64,000 nt of DNA from Vulcanimicrobiota bacterium (lineage in GTDB: Bacteria > Vulcanimicrobiota > Vulcanimicrobiia > Vulcanimicrobiales > Vulcanimicrobiaceae): contig CAWCIZ010000002.1 in NCBI GenBank assembly GCA_963795855.1, forward strand, positions 192,001 to 256,000. Direction: 5' to 3'. The notes below the pieces were generated by a model that saw only the letters and a program-made list of their open reading frames with translations, did not search any database and had not been told where the DNA came from. A program made the translations under genes and the position numbers. This document shows positions 31,391 through 41,328 of this stretch, piece after piece. Position 1 is the first letter of the stretch; each line of letters begins with the position of its first letter.

Positions 31391-34300
31391 ATGCAGCGGA
31401 TTGAAGGCGGGTTGATTTTTGCTGCCTCGGATTTGAACAATTTCCTCGAGTGCGCGCATCTCACCGAACTCGACCGCAGCGTCGCGCTCGGGGAGCGATT
31501 GGCGCCCGAGCGGGACGATCCGCAGGTTGATCTCATCGCGAGAAAGGGTGACGAACACGAGCGCCGCTATTTGGGACGGCTGCGCGATTTATACGACGGG
31601 AGCCTAACGGAATTCGCGCGCCCGGACCGCAGCGCCACCGGCTTTGAAGCCGGCGAAGCGGCGACGATTGCCGCTATGGAGCGCGGCGAGCGTATCATTT
31701 ACCAAGCGACCTTTTTCGACGGGCGTTTTCTCGGGCATCCCGATTTTCTGCGCCGCATCGACGTCGCGTGCGAACGTTGGCCTTGGAGATACGAGGTCAT
31801 CGACACCAAGCTCGCGCTGAGCGGCAAACCGTATTTTGTCATTCAACTCTGCAATTACAGCGAGCACTTGGCGCGCATTCAAGGGGCGGAGCCGCAGTAT
31901 GCGTACGTCGTGCTGGGCAACGGCGACGAGCACCGCTACCGGCTGAACGATTACTTCGCATATTACCGGCACTTGAAGCAGCGCTTTTTAGCATATCTCG
32001 ACGGCGACGAGCACAGCTATCCACACAAGTGCCGGCACTGCGACGTCTGCAAATGGTCGCGCGAGTGCCGCTCGCGCCGGTACGACGACGATCACCTCAG
32101 TTTGGTCGCGCGCATGCGACGCACGCAAATCGGCAAACTCGATGCCGGCGGCGTTCACACCGTCATCGATCTTGCAGCGGCTCGCGACGACCAACGCCCG
32201 GAGGGAATGCATCCGGACACGTTCGTTACGTTGCGCCGCCAAGCCGCGATGCAGGTGCGCGGACGCACCGAGGGGCCGGTCTTCGAGATTTTGGAGCATC
32301 AGCCGTTCGAGGGCTTCGGTCTGCTGCCGGCTCCCGACCGCGGAGATGTCTTCTTCGATATGGAGGGCGACCCGCTGTACGAACCCGGACGCGGCCTGGA
32401 ATATCTTTTCGGATGCTGGCTGGGCGATGCAGGTGAATTCAAGCCGTTTTGGGCGCTCGACCGCGAGCAAGAAAAGCGCGCGTTCGAGGAGTTCATCGAT
32501 TTCATCGGCGAGCGGCGGCAACGCTATCCCGGCATGCACGTCTACCATTACGCGGATTATGAAAAATCAGCGTTGCGCCGGCTGGCGCAGGTGCACGGCA
32601 CGCGCGAGGAAGAGGTCGATGCGCTCCTGCGCGGCGAGGTTCTCGTAGACTTGTATACCGTCGTTCGTCAATCGCTGGTCATTTCGGAGGACAGCTACAG
32701 CATCAAGCGGCTCGAAAAGTTTTACGGCTTCGAACGCGCGACCGACGTACGCAAAGGCGACGACTCGATCGTCATGTTCGAGACGTGGCTGCAGAACCGC
32801 GAGCGCCGCGACATTCTCGAAGATATCGGACGATACAACCAGGACGACTGCCGTTCGACGCTGCTCTTGCGCGACTGGCTGCTGGAACGCCGGACCGAAG
32901 CAATCACGGCCTTCGGCGCGCCGATTCCCTTTCACGATGCGAAGCTGCTCTGCCACGCGGAGGAGGCGGAAGGATGCCGCAGCTGCGCGCAGCGCGCAAA
33001 GCAACAGCGCGAAGCGAAACAGACGACCGCGTTGCAGCAACGCCTTCTCGATGGAATCCTCTCGCCGCAGAGCGAGCAAGAATACACGCTGATGAGCGAC
33101 GACCACCGCTCGCGCTATCTTCTCGCGAACTTGCTCGCGTATCACCGGCGCGAGGAGAAGCCGGTGTGGTGGGCGTTCTTCGATCGCTGCGAAAACGTCG
33201 ATGGCCTGCTGGAGTTCGACAAAGACGCCATCGCGGGGCTGCGGTTTTGCGATGACGTCGAACCCGTACGCGAAAAGAACAGCTGGCTGTACACGTACGC
33301 ATTTCCCGAACAGCACTACAAAATCGGCGCCGGCGACGAGGTCTACGATCCGGACACCGGAAAAGGGTGCGGCACCGCCTTTGCCGTGGATTTCGACTGC
33401 AATCGCCTCACGCTCAAGTGGACCGGCACGCTCGACCAGGCGCGCAAAATTCGCGCAATAATTCCGGGTGGGCCGCTGAACACGGACGAACAGAAAGCCG
33501 CGCTAGTCCGCATCGCCGAATCCTATCTATCCGGAACGATTGCACCCGCCACACTAGATCTGCTTCTATCCCGAGATCCGCGCGTCGCTTCATCGCATCA
33601 TGCCCGCGGCGACGCGATTCAGCCCGAATCGGTTACGCCCGAGGCGGTCAGCGCCGTGGTAAGCGCGCTCGATTGCAGCTATTTGTTCGTCCAAGGACCG
33701 CCTGGGAGCGGTAAAACGTGGACGGGCTCGCGCGTTATTTGCGATTTGCTCGCGGCCGGTAAGCGCGTCGGCGTGCTGAGTACCGGTCATAAAGCCATCC
33801 ACCATTTGCTGCATGGCGTCGAACTGTGCATGCTTGAACGCGGCCTGTCGTTTCGCGGCTTGTACAAGTATACGAAGAGCAACGCCAATTCGGAATACGT
33901 CTCGCGCCTGGCGCAACCGTTCGTCACCGCGTGCGCGACAAACGAACCGTTCGAAACGGAGAACTACGATCTCGCCGCAGGAACCGCATGGCTTTTCGCA
34001 CGTGAAGCGCTGACCGCGACCTTCGATTATCTGTTTATCGACGAGGCGGGCCAAGTCTCGCTCGCGGACGCAATTGCGGTATCGGCGGCTGCGAAAAACG
34101 TCGTCTTACTCGGCGATCCGCTGCAACTGGCGCAGGTCTCACAAGGCCTGCATCCGCCGCACGCCGCCGCCTCGGTGCTGGAGCATCTGCTGGGGGAAGC
34201 GCAGACGGTGCCGGAACATCGCGGCGTGTTCTTGGACGTCTCGCGCCGCATGCATCCCGAGATTTGCAGCTTCATCTCGCAGATGGTGTACGGCGGCCGG

Positions 34301-34873
34301 TTGCACGCCGAATCCGAACTGGAGAATCAGCGAATCGGAACGCCGCCGTTTGCGGGCGGCTCCCTCGAAGGATCCGGTTTACGGCACATCGCGATTCGCC
34401 ACGAAGGCAACAGCCGCGAATCGCGCGAGGAAGCGGAGCGGATCGTCACCGAGATCGCGCACCTTCTCACCGGCACCGTAACCGACGAGCACGGAGTTAT
34501 TCGCGGCATGACGGCCGGCGACATCATCGTCGTCACTCCGTACAATGCGCAGCGCCGACTGATAAGCAGGCTCCTGCGCGACGCAGGCATAGACGTCCGC
34601 GTCGGAACCGTCGATGCGTTCCAGGGCCAAGAAGCGTTCGTCGTGTTCTACTCCATGGCCACCTCCAGCGGGAACGATATCCCGCGCGACATCGGATTTC
34701 TTTTCGAGCAGAACCGCTTCAACGTCGCCGTCTCTCGTGCTCGCGCTCTCAGCGTCGTCGTATGCAGCCCGGATCTTCTCGACACGAATTGCCGCTCGAC
34801 GGAGCAAATGGCGCTCGTGAACCTTCTGTGCACGTACGCGGAAAGCGCGCGGCGGCCGGCACTTCTTCTATGA
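31391..34873 (+). CDS. TM0106-family RecB-like nuclease fused to RNase H-like and SF1 (DNA2/NAM7-type) helicase domains
   Basis: PDFL...EVIDTKL nuclease; FFDMEGDP; YNQDDC; QGPPGSGKT, IDEAGQ, LGDPLQL, SRRMHP, VTPYNAQ, TVDAFQGQE, NRFNVAVSRA. Confidence 0.92.
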   Translation: MQRIEGGLIFAASDLNNFLECAHLTELDRSVALGERLAPERDDPQVDLIARKGDEHERRYLGRLRDLYDGSLTEFARPDRSATGFEAGEAATIAAMERGERIIYQATFFDGRFLGHPDFLRRIDVACERWPWRYEVIDTKLALSGKPYFVIQLCNYSEHLARIQGAEPQYAYVVLGNGDEHRYRLNDYFAYYRHLKQRFLAYLDGDEHSYPHKCRHCDVCKWSRECRSRRYDDDHLSLVARMRRTQIGKLDAGGVHTVIDLAAARDDQRPEGMHPDTFVTLRRQAAMQVRGRTEGPVFEILEHQPFEGFGLLPAPDRGDVFFDMEGDPLYEPGRGLEYLFGCWLGDAGEFKPFWALDREQEKRAFEEFIDFIGERRQRYPGMHVYHYADYEKSALRRLAQVHGTREEEVDALLRGEVLVDLYTVVRQSLVISEDSYSIKRLEKFYGFERATDVRKGDDSIVMFETWLQNRERRDILEDIGRYNQDDCRSTLLLRDWLLERRTEAITAFGAPIPFHDAKLLCHAEEAEGCRSCAQRAKQQREAKQTTALQQRLLDGILSPQSEQEYTLMSDDHRSRYLLANLLAYHRREEKPVWWAFFDRCENVDGLLEFDKDAIAGLRFCDDVEPVREKNSWLYTYAFPEQHYKIGAGDEVYDPDTGKGCGTAFAVDFDCNRLTLKWTGTLDQARKIRAIIPGGPLNTDEQKAALVRIAESYLSGTIAPATLDLLLSRDPRVASSHHARGDAIQPESVTPEAVSAVVSALDCSYLFVQGPPGSGKTWTGSRVICDLLAAGKRVGVLSTGHKAIHHLLHGVELCMLERGLSFRGLYKYTKSNANSEYVSRLAQPFVTACATNEPFETENYDLAAGTAWLFAREALTATFDYLFIDEAGQVSLADAIAVSAAAKNVVLLGDPLQLAQVSQGLHPPHAAASVLEHLLGEAQTVPEHRGVFLDVSRRMHPEICSFISQMVYGGRLHAESELENQRIGTPPFAGGSLEGSGLRHIAIRHEGNSRESREEAERIVTEIAHLLTGTVTDEHGVIRGMTAGDIIVVTPYNAQRRLISRLLRDAGIDVRVGTVDAFQGQEAFVVFYSMATSSGNDIPRDIGFLFEQNRFNVAVSRARALSVVVCSPDLLDTNCRSTEQMALVNLLCTYAESARRPALLL

Positions 34874-34981
34874 ATGCGCCACGAAAGGCACGCGCCGCCA
34901 AATCCAGAACACGATGAAGGTCCACACCGTTGCTTGAAGGACGCCCAGCACGTACGTAGCGCCTTCGGCGCGAAGAAACGC

Positions 34982-35006
34982 AAAGGCCCGCGCGAGGCGG
35001 GCCTTT
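34982..35006. terminator. Bidirectional intrinsic terminator
   Basis: AAAGGCCCGC-gcgag-GCGGGCCTTT between convergent genes. Confidence 0.75.
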
Positions 35007-35019
35007 CAATCAGTCGTCG

Positions 35020-35645
35020 CTATCCGCGGCCATGATGACCGTGGCCGTTATCGTCGTGATGCGAGCGTCCCCTGCCGACGCCGCGTCCGCGCGATTCCTG
35101 CCGTTGTTGCTCGGAATACCGCGGCGCCGCATAGCGCTGCGGAGCGGCATAGTACCGCTGCGGAGCGGACATAGTACCGCTGCGGAGCGGCATAACGCCG
35201 CCGCGCATAACGCTGGTCATCATAATCGCGGCGTTCGGCGGCGTAGCGCGCTGCATAGACTGCCGTGGCGATGCGTGCGGTCGTACTGGCCCGTGCGATT
35301 GTAGTCGTACGCGTAATCGTCCGCGTCGGGTTGATAATACGCGGCTTGGCCCCAGGGATATTGGCCGTTGGCGTTCGGATAAATGGTTTGACCGTTCGGC
35401 ATGACGATGCGGCCGTCGCCGTACACCGTTCCCCCGTTGCGCGTGTAACCGACTATGCTGTTCGCCGCCTGTCTCTTGTGTTCGTAGTTGTTGTAGAGCA
35501 CGATGCCGCCGATAAGCGCGGCGGCTGCCTCGATCATGGTCCACGTCGAGCCCGTGCTCGCCGAAGCGGGACGCGCGAGCGGGCCCGCCGCGAGCGACGC
35601 CGTTATGACGAGTGCGAGTGCAATTCTGGAAAGCCGTTGTAACAT
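35020..35645 (-). CDS. Secreted Tyr/Gly-rich hypothetical protein with YAAPQRY repeats and a His-rich tail (two apparent frameshifts)
   Basis: GAGGAG RBS, signal peptide ending ASA, VGYTRNGGTVYGDGRIVMPNG; tail ...HHDDNGHGHHGRG. Confidence 0.7.
35134..35194 (-). repeat. About three copies of a 21-bp tandem repeat (TATGCCGCTCCGCAGCGGTAC)
   Basis: Seen directly; one copy has an extra base. Confidence 0.75.
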
Positions 35646-36056
35646 GAGTGCTCCTCGTGCAGAACCCAGCATTTGCTTAGTAAACGTCTGCACGCTGTGC
35701 GAAGTTCCGTCCAACGGTTCTCGGGGCACGTCACCGGACGTTCCGAACATCGAACGCATCCATAGTGCGGCCCGTATGGATTTGCCACTTCTTTGCGCTT
35801 GTCGCGAGTACGTGATTGTGACGGTGCGCGACCGTCAATTTCCCGGAGATCTTACCGTGCGGACGCCCTCGCAGATCGCATACCGATCCGGCGCACGAAC
35901 CGTCGCGGCTGCGGCAATGCTCAGCGGCCTACGCCTTAGGCTCGCTTACTCGTATCCCCGTTGCAAGGGATTGCGCGCCATAACTGCCTGCTTGCACAAT
36001 TTAGTAACCTGGGTGTGCGGAGCGTGGGCAGATGAAGCGATCTCCGTACATCCGGG

Positions 36057-37259
36057 CTAACCGACCGCGGCTTCCACAGCGTCGAGGGCCGAGTCGATCT
36101 CCGCCAACGTGTTGTAATGCGCGATCCCGATTCGTACGACGCCTTGCGCTTCGTCGATACCGAGCTGACGAACGACCTCGAGCGCGAAATTGTGTCCCGA
36201 CCACACAAAGATGTTGCGCCGCGCCAAGAATTGGGCGATGAGGTCGGGCGTCCGGCAATCATGCACGAATGATACCGTAGGCACGCGGCGATCGAACCGG
36301 CTTGGATTGGTTATTCCGACGATCCGGACGCCGCGAATCCGCTCGAGTCCCGTAATGAGGTGCGCCGTAAGCGCGCGTTCGTAGCGTACGAGTGCAGATG
36401 CGTCGTACTGTCCCAAGTACTCCACCGTTGCCGACAGCGCCGCACACTGCTCGATCTGCGGCGTGCCGGTTTCGAATTTGTATGGGAGATCGTCGCTCAT
36501 CGGACGTACCTTATACGCGTACAGCGCTTCCAGCAGCGCTTCGCGCCCGTACACGATGCCGAGGTGCGGACCGTAGAATTTGTAGGACGAGCACGCCAGA
36601 AAGTCGCAATTCAACGCCCGCACGTCGATGACGCCGTGGGGCGCAAATTGGACCGCGTCCACGTACGCCAGCGCTCCGGCCGCGTGAATGCGCTCCACGA
36701 GCGAGCGAACTTCGTTCACGGATCCCGTTAAATTGCTCGCGTAATTCAGCGCGACGATCTTCGTTTTGTTCGAAAGCACGCGGTCGAGCGCATCGGGCTC
36801 GATGCACCACGTCTCTTCGTCGAATCTCGCCCATCGCACCGTAAGATTGCGATCTTCCGCAAGCGCAAGCCACGGCGAAATGTTTGCGTCGTGATCCATG
36901 TGCGTGACCACGATTTCGTCGCCGGGCTGCAGCGATCGGCCAAGACTGCGCGACAGTTCGAACGTCAGCGCGGTCATGCTCGGCCCGAGGATCATTTCGC
37001 GCTCGGAGGTAGCGCCTACGAAACGGGCTGCGGCGCGATGCGCTTCGCGGACGACTTGCTCCGCGGCAATGCTCGTAGTGAAATATCCGCCCAGATTGGC
37101 GTTCGTTTCTAGCAAACACCGCGCGCTCGCATCCGCCACCCGGCGCGGAACTTGCGTGCCCGCGGGATTGTCTAGGTAAACGCGCGGCTTGCTTGCGTCC
37201 GTAATCGCAAGGGCCGGGAACTCGGCGCGGACGGCGTCGATGGGGAAGGTCGTCTGCAT
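36057..37259 (-). CDS. Cysteine desulfurase-like PLP enzyme (aminotransferase class V, VC1184-like subfamily)
   Basis: YLDNPAGTQVP, DHDANISPW, VDAVQFAPH, CSSYKFYGPH, FETGT. Confidence 0.9.
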   Translation of the reverse strand: MQTTFPIDAVRAEFPALAITDASKPRVYLDNPAGTQVPRRVADASARCLLETNANLGGYFTTSIAAEQVVREAHRAAARFVGATSEREMILGPSMTALTFELSRSLGRSLQPGDEIVVTHMDHDANISPWLALAEDRNLTVRWARFDEETWCIEPDALDRVLSNKTKIVALNYASNLTGSVNEVRSLVERIHAAGALAYVDAVQFAPHGVIDVRALNCDFLACSSYKFYGPHLGIVYGREALLEALYAYKVRPMSDDLPYKFETGTPQIEQCAALSATVEYLGQYDASALVRYERALTAHLITGLERIRGVRIVGITNPSRFDRRVPTVSFVHDCRTPDLIAQFLARRNIFVWSGHNFALEVVRQLGIDEAQGVVRIGIAHYNTLAEIDSALDAVEAAVG

Positions 37260-37297
37260 AACCCTCCAAGAGTACTCTAAGCATTCGCGCCTAGGCT

Positions 37298-37732
37298 ATG
37301 ACCATGAACATTCGCAGCATCCTTGCAGCGGGCGCCTTTGCCGCGCTGCTCTCCCCAGTTGCGGCGCTCGCGCAAATGGCGCCCGGCGACGGTCCGCCTC
37401 CCGAAGTGCGCGCACAATTCGAGCAAGCGCGCTCGCAAGCGCAAACCGCGACCATGAGCGACCTGAGCCCCGAGCACCGAGCGAAGGTCCAGGCGATCCT
37501 AGCGCAAGTGCAGAGCGGTTCTTTGGACCGCCGCGCTGCAAGTTCGCAGATCGATTCTCTTCTCTCGCCCGCCGAGTCGCAAGCAGTTCTCGGCGAAGCG
37601 CAAAAGATGCGCGACGCGATGCGCAAGGCCGCGGCGAACGCCCAGCAAACGGATCATATGAACCGTAAACCCGACGCCGGCCGCGTTCTGCTCATGTTGA
37701 ATTTGGCGCCGCGGCCGCCGCAACAGCCGTAA
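37298..37732 (+). CDS. Secreted helical hypothetical protein
   Basis: Signal peptide ending ALA; Q/A/R-rich helices. Confidence 0.7.
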   Translation: MTMNIRSILAAGAFAALLSPVAALAQMAPGDGPPPEVRAQFEQARSQAQTATMSDLSPEHRAKVQAILAQVQSGSLDRRAASSQIDSLLSPAESQAVLGEAQKMRDAMRKAAANAQQTDHMNRKPDAGRVLLMLNLAPRPPQQP

Positions 37733-37733
37733 A

Positions 37734-38081
37734 GTGCGCACGAGCCTGCTCGCGCTGCCGGCACTCGCCCTGCTGGCAGCGTGCTCGTCGGCGGCGCATT
37801 TTTCCGACGTCGTCGGAAATCTTCGCGTCACGGGCGACATTCAAGAGAGCCATTTCGCCTCGAAAGCGGGCACGCTCGACGTGCGTCTGTACGATGCGTC
37901 CACCGGCTACCCGGTCGACGCGCGCACCGTAGAAGTCAAGGCCGGCGACGCGCCCGCCGTACGCGCGGCCCGGCCGGAACTGGGGACGTATCACGCGGAT
38001 CTGGCCAATCGCGATCGCATCGATCTGTTCATAACGACGCAAGATCAGCGCAGCGTTTTCATCGCGCTTCAGCAAAACTAA
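37734..38081 (+). CDS. Hypothetical lipoprotein
   Basis: Lipobox LAAC; GTG start 1 nt after the upstream stop. Confidence 0.65.
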   Translation: MRTSLLALPALALLAACSSAAHFSDVVGNLRVTGDIQESHFASKAGTLDVRLYDASTGYPVDARTVEVKAGDAPAVRAARPELGTYHADLANRDRIDLFITTQDQRSVFIALQQN

Positions 38082-38915
38082 CGCCGCGCGTTTCGGGCAG
38101 CGCAGCTGCCGCGGCGACGACCACGCCGTACGCGCACACCGCCACAACGGTCATCGCCGCACCGATATTTCCGTTCGCACTGAGCGCGCCGATTAGCGCG
38201 GGCGCGAAACCGGCGACGCCGCGGCCCAGATTGTAGCAAAATCCTTGCGCGGTCGCGCGCACGTGTCCCGGAAAGAGTTCGCTCAGAAAAGCGCCGAAGC
38301 CGCTGAACGTGCCGGAGGCGAAATAGCCCAGCAGCGGCCCCGCGATGTAAAGTTGCCAATCGACGGTAATCCAGCGTAGATACACCGGTACGAGAATCGC
38401 CGAGCCGGTTGCGAACAGGGCGAAGGTCGTGCGCCGTCCGAGCGCATCGTTGACGTAGCCGGCGCTCACATAGCCCGCGAACGCGCCCGCAATGATGAAA
38501 TAGAGGAACGTGCCGGTGCTGACTGCGGGAAGGTGACGCTGCACGTGCAGATACGTCGGCAGCCACGTGAACACCGCATAGTATCCGCTCTGCGCGCCGA
38601 TCGCGAACAAGCACGCAAGCGTTGTTTTTCGCCACAGTTCGCGCGAAAAGAGTCGTGCAGCGCAATGCGCGACTGCGCGCGAAACAGCGCGCGTCGCTCA
38701 CGTTGCGGCGGATGTAGTACGGCCGCCACGATCTGGAAGACCGTGTTCGCGGCGAGCCATCCCAGCGCCCACGAACTTTGCACCAATCCCAGATTGCGGT
38801 CGCGCCGAGATTGAATGCGACCAGTATCGCGGGCAGCGCATAAACGTACAGATAGAAATCGAACGAGTCGAGCCCCCATCCGAGTGCTGCGGCCAGAAGC
38901 GGAGCACGCCGCGGC
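38059..38915 (-). pseudogene. Degenerate MFS transporter (aromatic acid/sialate symporter-like) with internal deletions
   Basis: TM1 LGWGLDSFDF is followed almost directly by a TM5-like GLVQSSWALGW in another frame; the C-half is intact (DALGRR, SELFPGHVRATAQGFCYNLGR, LPETRG). Confidence 0.7.
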
Positions 38916-38921
38916 CGGTTC

Positions 38922-39665
38922 CTACGGCGCGTGTGCCAGCGTTTGCGCCGCGCGTTCCAGGTCGACGGCCAACGCGCGGAGTTCCTTGCAGATGTTCGCG
39001 CTGTTGGCATGGAGAATGTCGCGCCACATCGCTTGGCCGGACCGGCTTAAACGCAGCAGTTCGCGTGCCGCGGGCCCGAGCGCAGTTGATTCCTCCGGCA
39101 GGCGCGCCGCGAACGCATTCGCGAGGATCTGCGGAACGTGGGAAGTCAACGCGACGGCGCGATCGTGCGCGTCGGCATCTATTGCGACGGGACGCGACCC
39201 CAGCGCACCAATGAATTGCGCGGCGTGTCGGTCGAGCTGCGCATCGCCGGTAGGAACGTAGAACCACGTTTTGCCGTCGAACAAATCGCGCTTGGCCGCC
39301 GAAGGCCCGCTGCATTCGCGTCCCGCCATGGGGTGCGTTGCGACGAAGTTTCTCAGACCGCGGGCCGCGCGGACGATCGCCCCCTTCACGGACGACACGT
39401 CCATAATCATGCTCGCGCGAGGCGGTTCGCAACGCATGCGCTCGATCTCCGCAAGCGTACCGCCGACGTGCGCGGCTATCACGATTGTGTCGGCCGCTTC
39501 GAGCAATTGCGCACGGCTGACGCACCGGTCGATTGCGCCGAGACGCGCAGCCTCGCGCGCCGCCGCCTTCTCGAGGTCGAAGCCTGCAACGCAGTAGCCC
39601 ATTTCGCGCGCGCGAATGCCTATGGAAGCGCCGATAAGGCCGGTCCCGATGATGCCGAGCGTCAC
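38922..39665 (-). CDS. tyrA: Prephenate/arogenate dehydrogenase
   Basis: GIIGTGLIGAS, DVSSVK, THPMAGRE.SG, HDRAVALTSHVPQ, MWRDIL..N. Confidence 0.9.
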   Translation of the reverse strand: MTLGIIGTGLIGASIGIRAREMGYCVAGFDLEKAAAREAARLGAIDRCVSRAQLLEAADTIVIAAHVGGTLAEIERMRCEPPRASMIMDVSSVKGAIVRAARGLRNFVATHPMAGRECSGPSAAKRDLFDGKTWFYVPTGDAQLDRHAAQFIGALGSRPVAIDADAHDRAVALTSHVPQILANAFAARLPEESTALGPAARELLRLSRSGQAMWRDILHANSANICKELRALAVDLERAAQTLAHAP

Positions 39666-40033
39666 GAAGCCGCCCGTACGAGATCGGGGCGAAGCACGCG
39701 GGCGCCGTCGAGATACACGTGCTCGACCTGCCGTTGCGTGCGCGCGGTGTTGACGTGCATCAGGACGCGAATTACCCGCGGGAGCGAACCCGCGACGTCG
39801 ATTTCCGTAAAGTGCAGCATCGGCACGTGCACCCAACCCATCGCGCGTGCCCCTATTGCCGGGAATGCCGCGCGGAGATCCGGCGTGACGCTGAAAAGCA
39901 CGGACGCTATGTCGTCGATATCGACTTCGTTTTCGTCAATCATCGCAATCAGCAGCCGCTGCGTTACCGCAAATATCGCTTCCGGATCGTCGGCGTGAAC
40001 GGTGATCGCGCCGCGAATGCCGCGAATTTTCAC
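39662..40033 (-). CDS. aroH: Chorismate mutase, AroH class
   Basis: IRGIRGAITV, FSVTPDLRAAFPA..AR, HVYLDGARVLRPDL. Confidence 0.93.
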   Translation of the reverse strand: MKIRGIRGAITVHADDPEAIFAVTQRLLIAMIDENEVDIDDIASVLFSVTPDLRAAFPAIGARAMGWVHVPMLHFTEIDVAGSLPRVIRVLMHVNTARTQRQVEHVYLDGARVLRPDLVRAAS

Positions 40034-41328
40034 GAAACCGCCTCGAACAATGCCGTCTCGGCGCGGAGCGTCGACAACGTGCGAAAAAATGCGGGGTATG
40101 AAACGGCGACGCATTCGGCATCGAAAATCGTCGTGTTGCCGCGCGCCGCGAGGGCCGCGACGGTTGCGGCCATGGCGATCCGATGATCGCCGTGCGGATC
40201 CACGAGCCCGCCGCGCAAACGCTGCGGCCCGTCTATGACGAAACCGTCGTCGAGCGTTTCGAGATCGGCGCCCATGACTCGCAGGACGTCGGCGATTGCC
40301 TCGATGCGATCGCTTTCTTTGACCCGCAGCTCGCCCGCTCCGCGCACGACCGTTCGGCCTTGCGCTTGCGTCGCGACGACCGCAAGCAGCGGCAGCTCGT
40401 CGACCAGCGCAGGCACGTCTTCCGCTCGGAGCGTTATGCCGCGCAGCGCGCTGCTGCGGACGCGTAAATCTCCGATCGGTTCCGGATGCGTTCGGCGCAG
40501 TGAAAGCTCGACGTCGGCACCCATCCGCCGCACCGCCTCGAGGAAGCCGCTGCGCGTGGGATTCAGCGAGACGTCACGCAGCACGAGGTCGCTGTCGCGC
40601 GTTACTAGCGCCGCCGCGAGCCACGCCGCCGCGCTCGACGGATCGCCCGGTACTTCCACGAACGCTCCCTGCAAATGCGCGTCGCCCTCGATCGCAATTT
40701 CGTCGTCCGACGCGTCCAGGTGCACGCCGAAACGCGGCAATAAGCGTTCCGTATGATCGCGCGAGCGAATCTTCCCGCGCAACCGCGTTCGCCCGTTCGC
40801 ACGCATGCCGGCGAGGAGCAGCGCGGTTTTGAGCTGCGCGCTCGCGACCGGCAACTCGTAGTCGATCCCCTGAAGAGAGGCGGTGCCCGCGATCTCGAGC
40901 GGTGCAACGCCGCCGGCGCCGAGCAGCATGCGCGCACCCATGCGCTCGAGCGGTTCGGCGACTCGGCGCATCGGGCGCCGCGATAGCGACGCATCCCCCG
41001 TGAGCCGCGCAGTGCCCTCGCGTGCGGCGAGAATGCCCATTAGTAAGCGCATCGTCGTGCCGGAGTTCGCGCAGTCGATCGTCGCGCCGGCGGCGTCGAT
41101 GCCGCCGCCCTGCACCACGACCGCGCCTTCGTTTCGCTGAATCTGCACGCCGCAGGTTTCCAGCGCGCGAATCGTTGCGGCCACGTCGGCGCTGCGCGGA
41201 ACGCCCGTAATACGCGTCCACCCGCGCGCCATGCCGCCGAGCAGCAGCGCGCGATGGGCGATCGATTTATCGCCCGGTACGCGAACGTCCCCGCGCAATG
41301 CGTGCGCGCGGGGGATCTGCACTTCCAT
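40030..41328 (-). CDS. aroA: EPSP synthase (class II)
   Basis: VPGDKSIAHRAL, NSGTTMRL, GDASLSRRPMRRV, ASAQLK, RDHTER, ELRVKESDRI, DHRIAM. Confidence 0.96.
   Translation of the reverse strand: MEVQIPRAHALRGDVRVPGDKSIAHRALLLGGMARGWTRITGVPRSADVAATIRALETCGVQIQRNEGAVVVQGGGIDAAGATIDCANSGTTMRLLMGILAAREGTARLTGDASLSRRPMRRVAEPLERMGARMLLGAGGVAPLEIAGTASLQGIDYELPVASAQLKTALLLAGMRANGRTRLRGKIRSRDHTERLLPRFGVHLDASDDEIAIEGDAHLQGAFVEVPGDPSSAAAWLAAALVTRDSDLVLRDVSLNPTRSGFLEAVRRMGADVELSLRRTHPEPIGDLRVRSSALRGITLRAEDVPALVDELPLLAVVATQAQGRTVVRGAGELRVKESDRIEAIADVLRVMGADLETLDDGFVIDGPQRLRGGLVDPHGDHRIAMAATVAALAARGNTTIFDAECVAVSYPAFFRTLSTLRAETALFEAVS

Noticed and set aside
35134..35194. Tandem 21-bp repeats as a CRISPR array
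   Set aside because: No spacers, lies inside a CDS, no cas genes.
36057..37259. Cysteine desulfurase-like gene as part of the selenium pathway
   Set aside because: About 17 kb from senAB and lacks the catalytic Cys (WSGHNFA); no evidence for a link.
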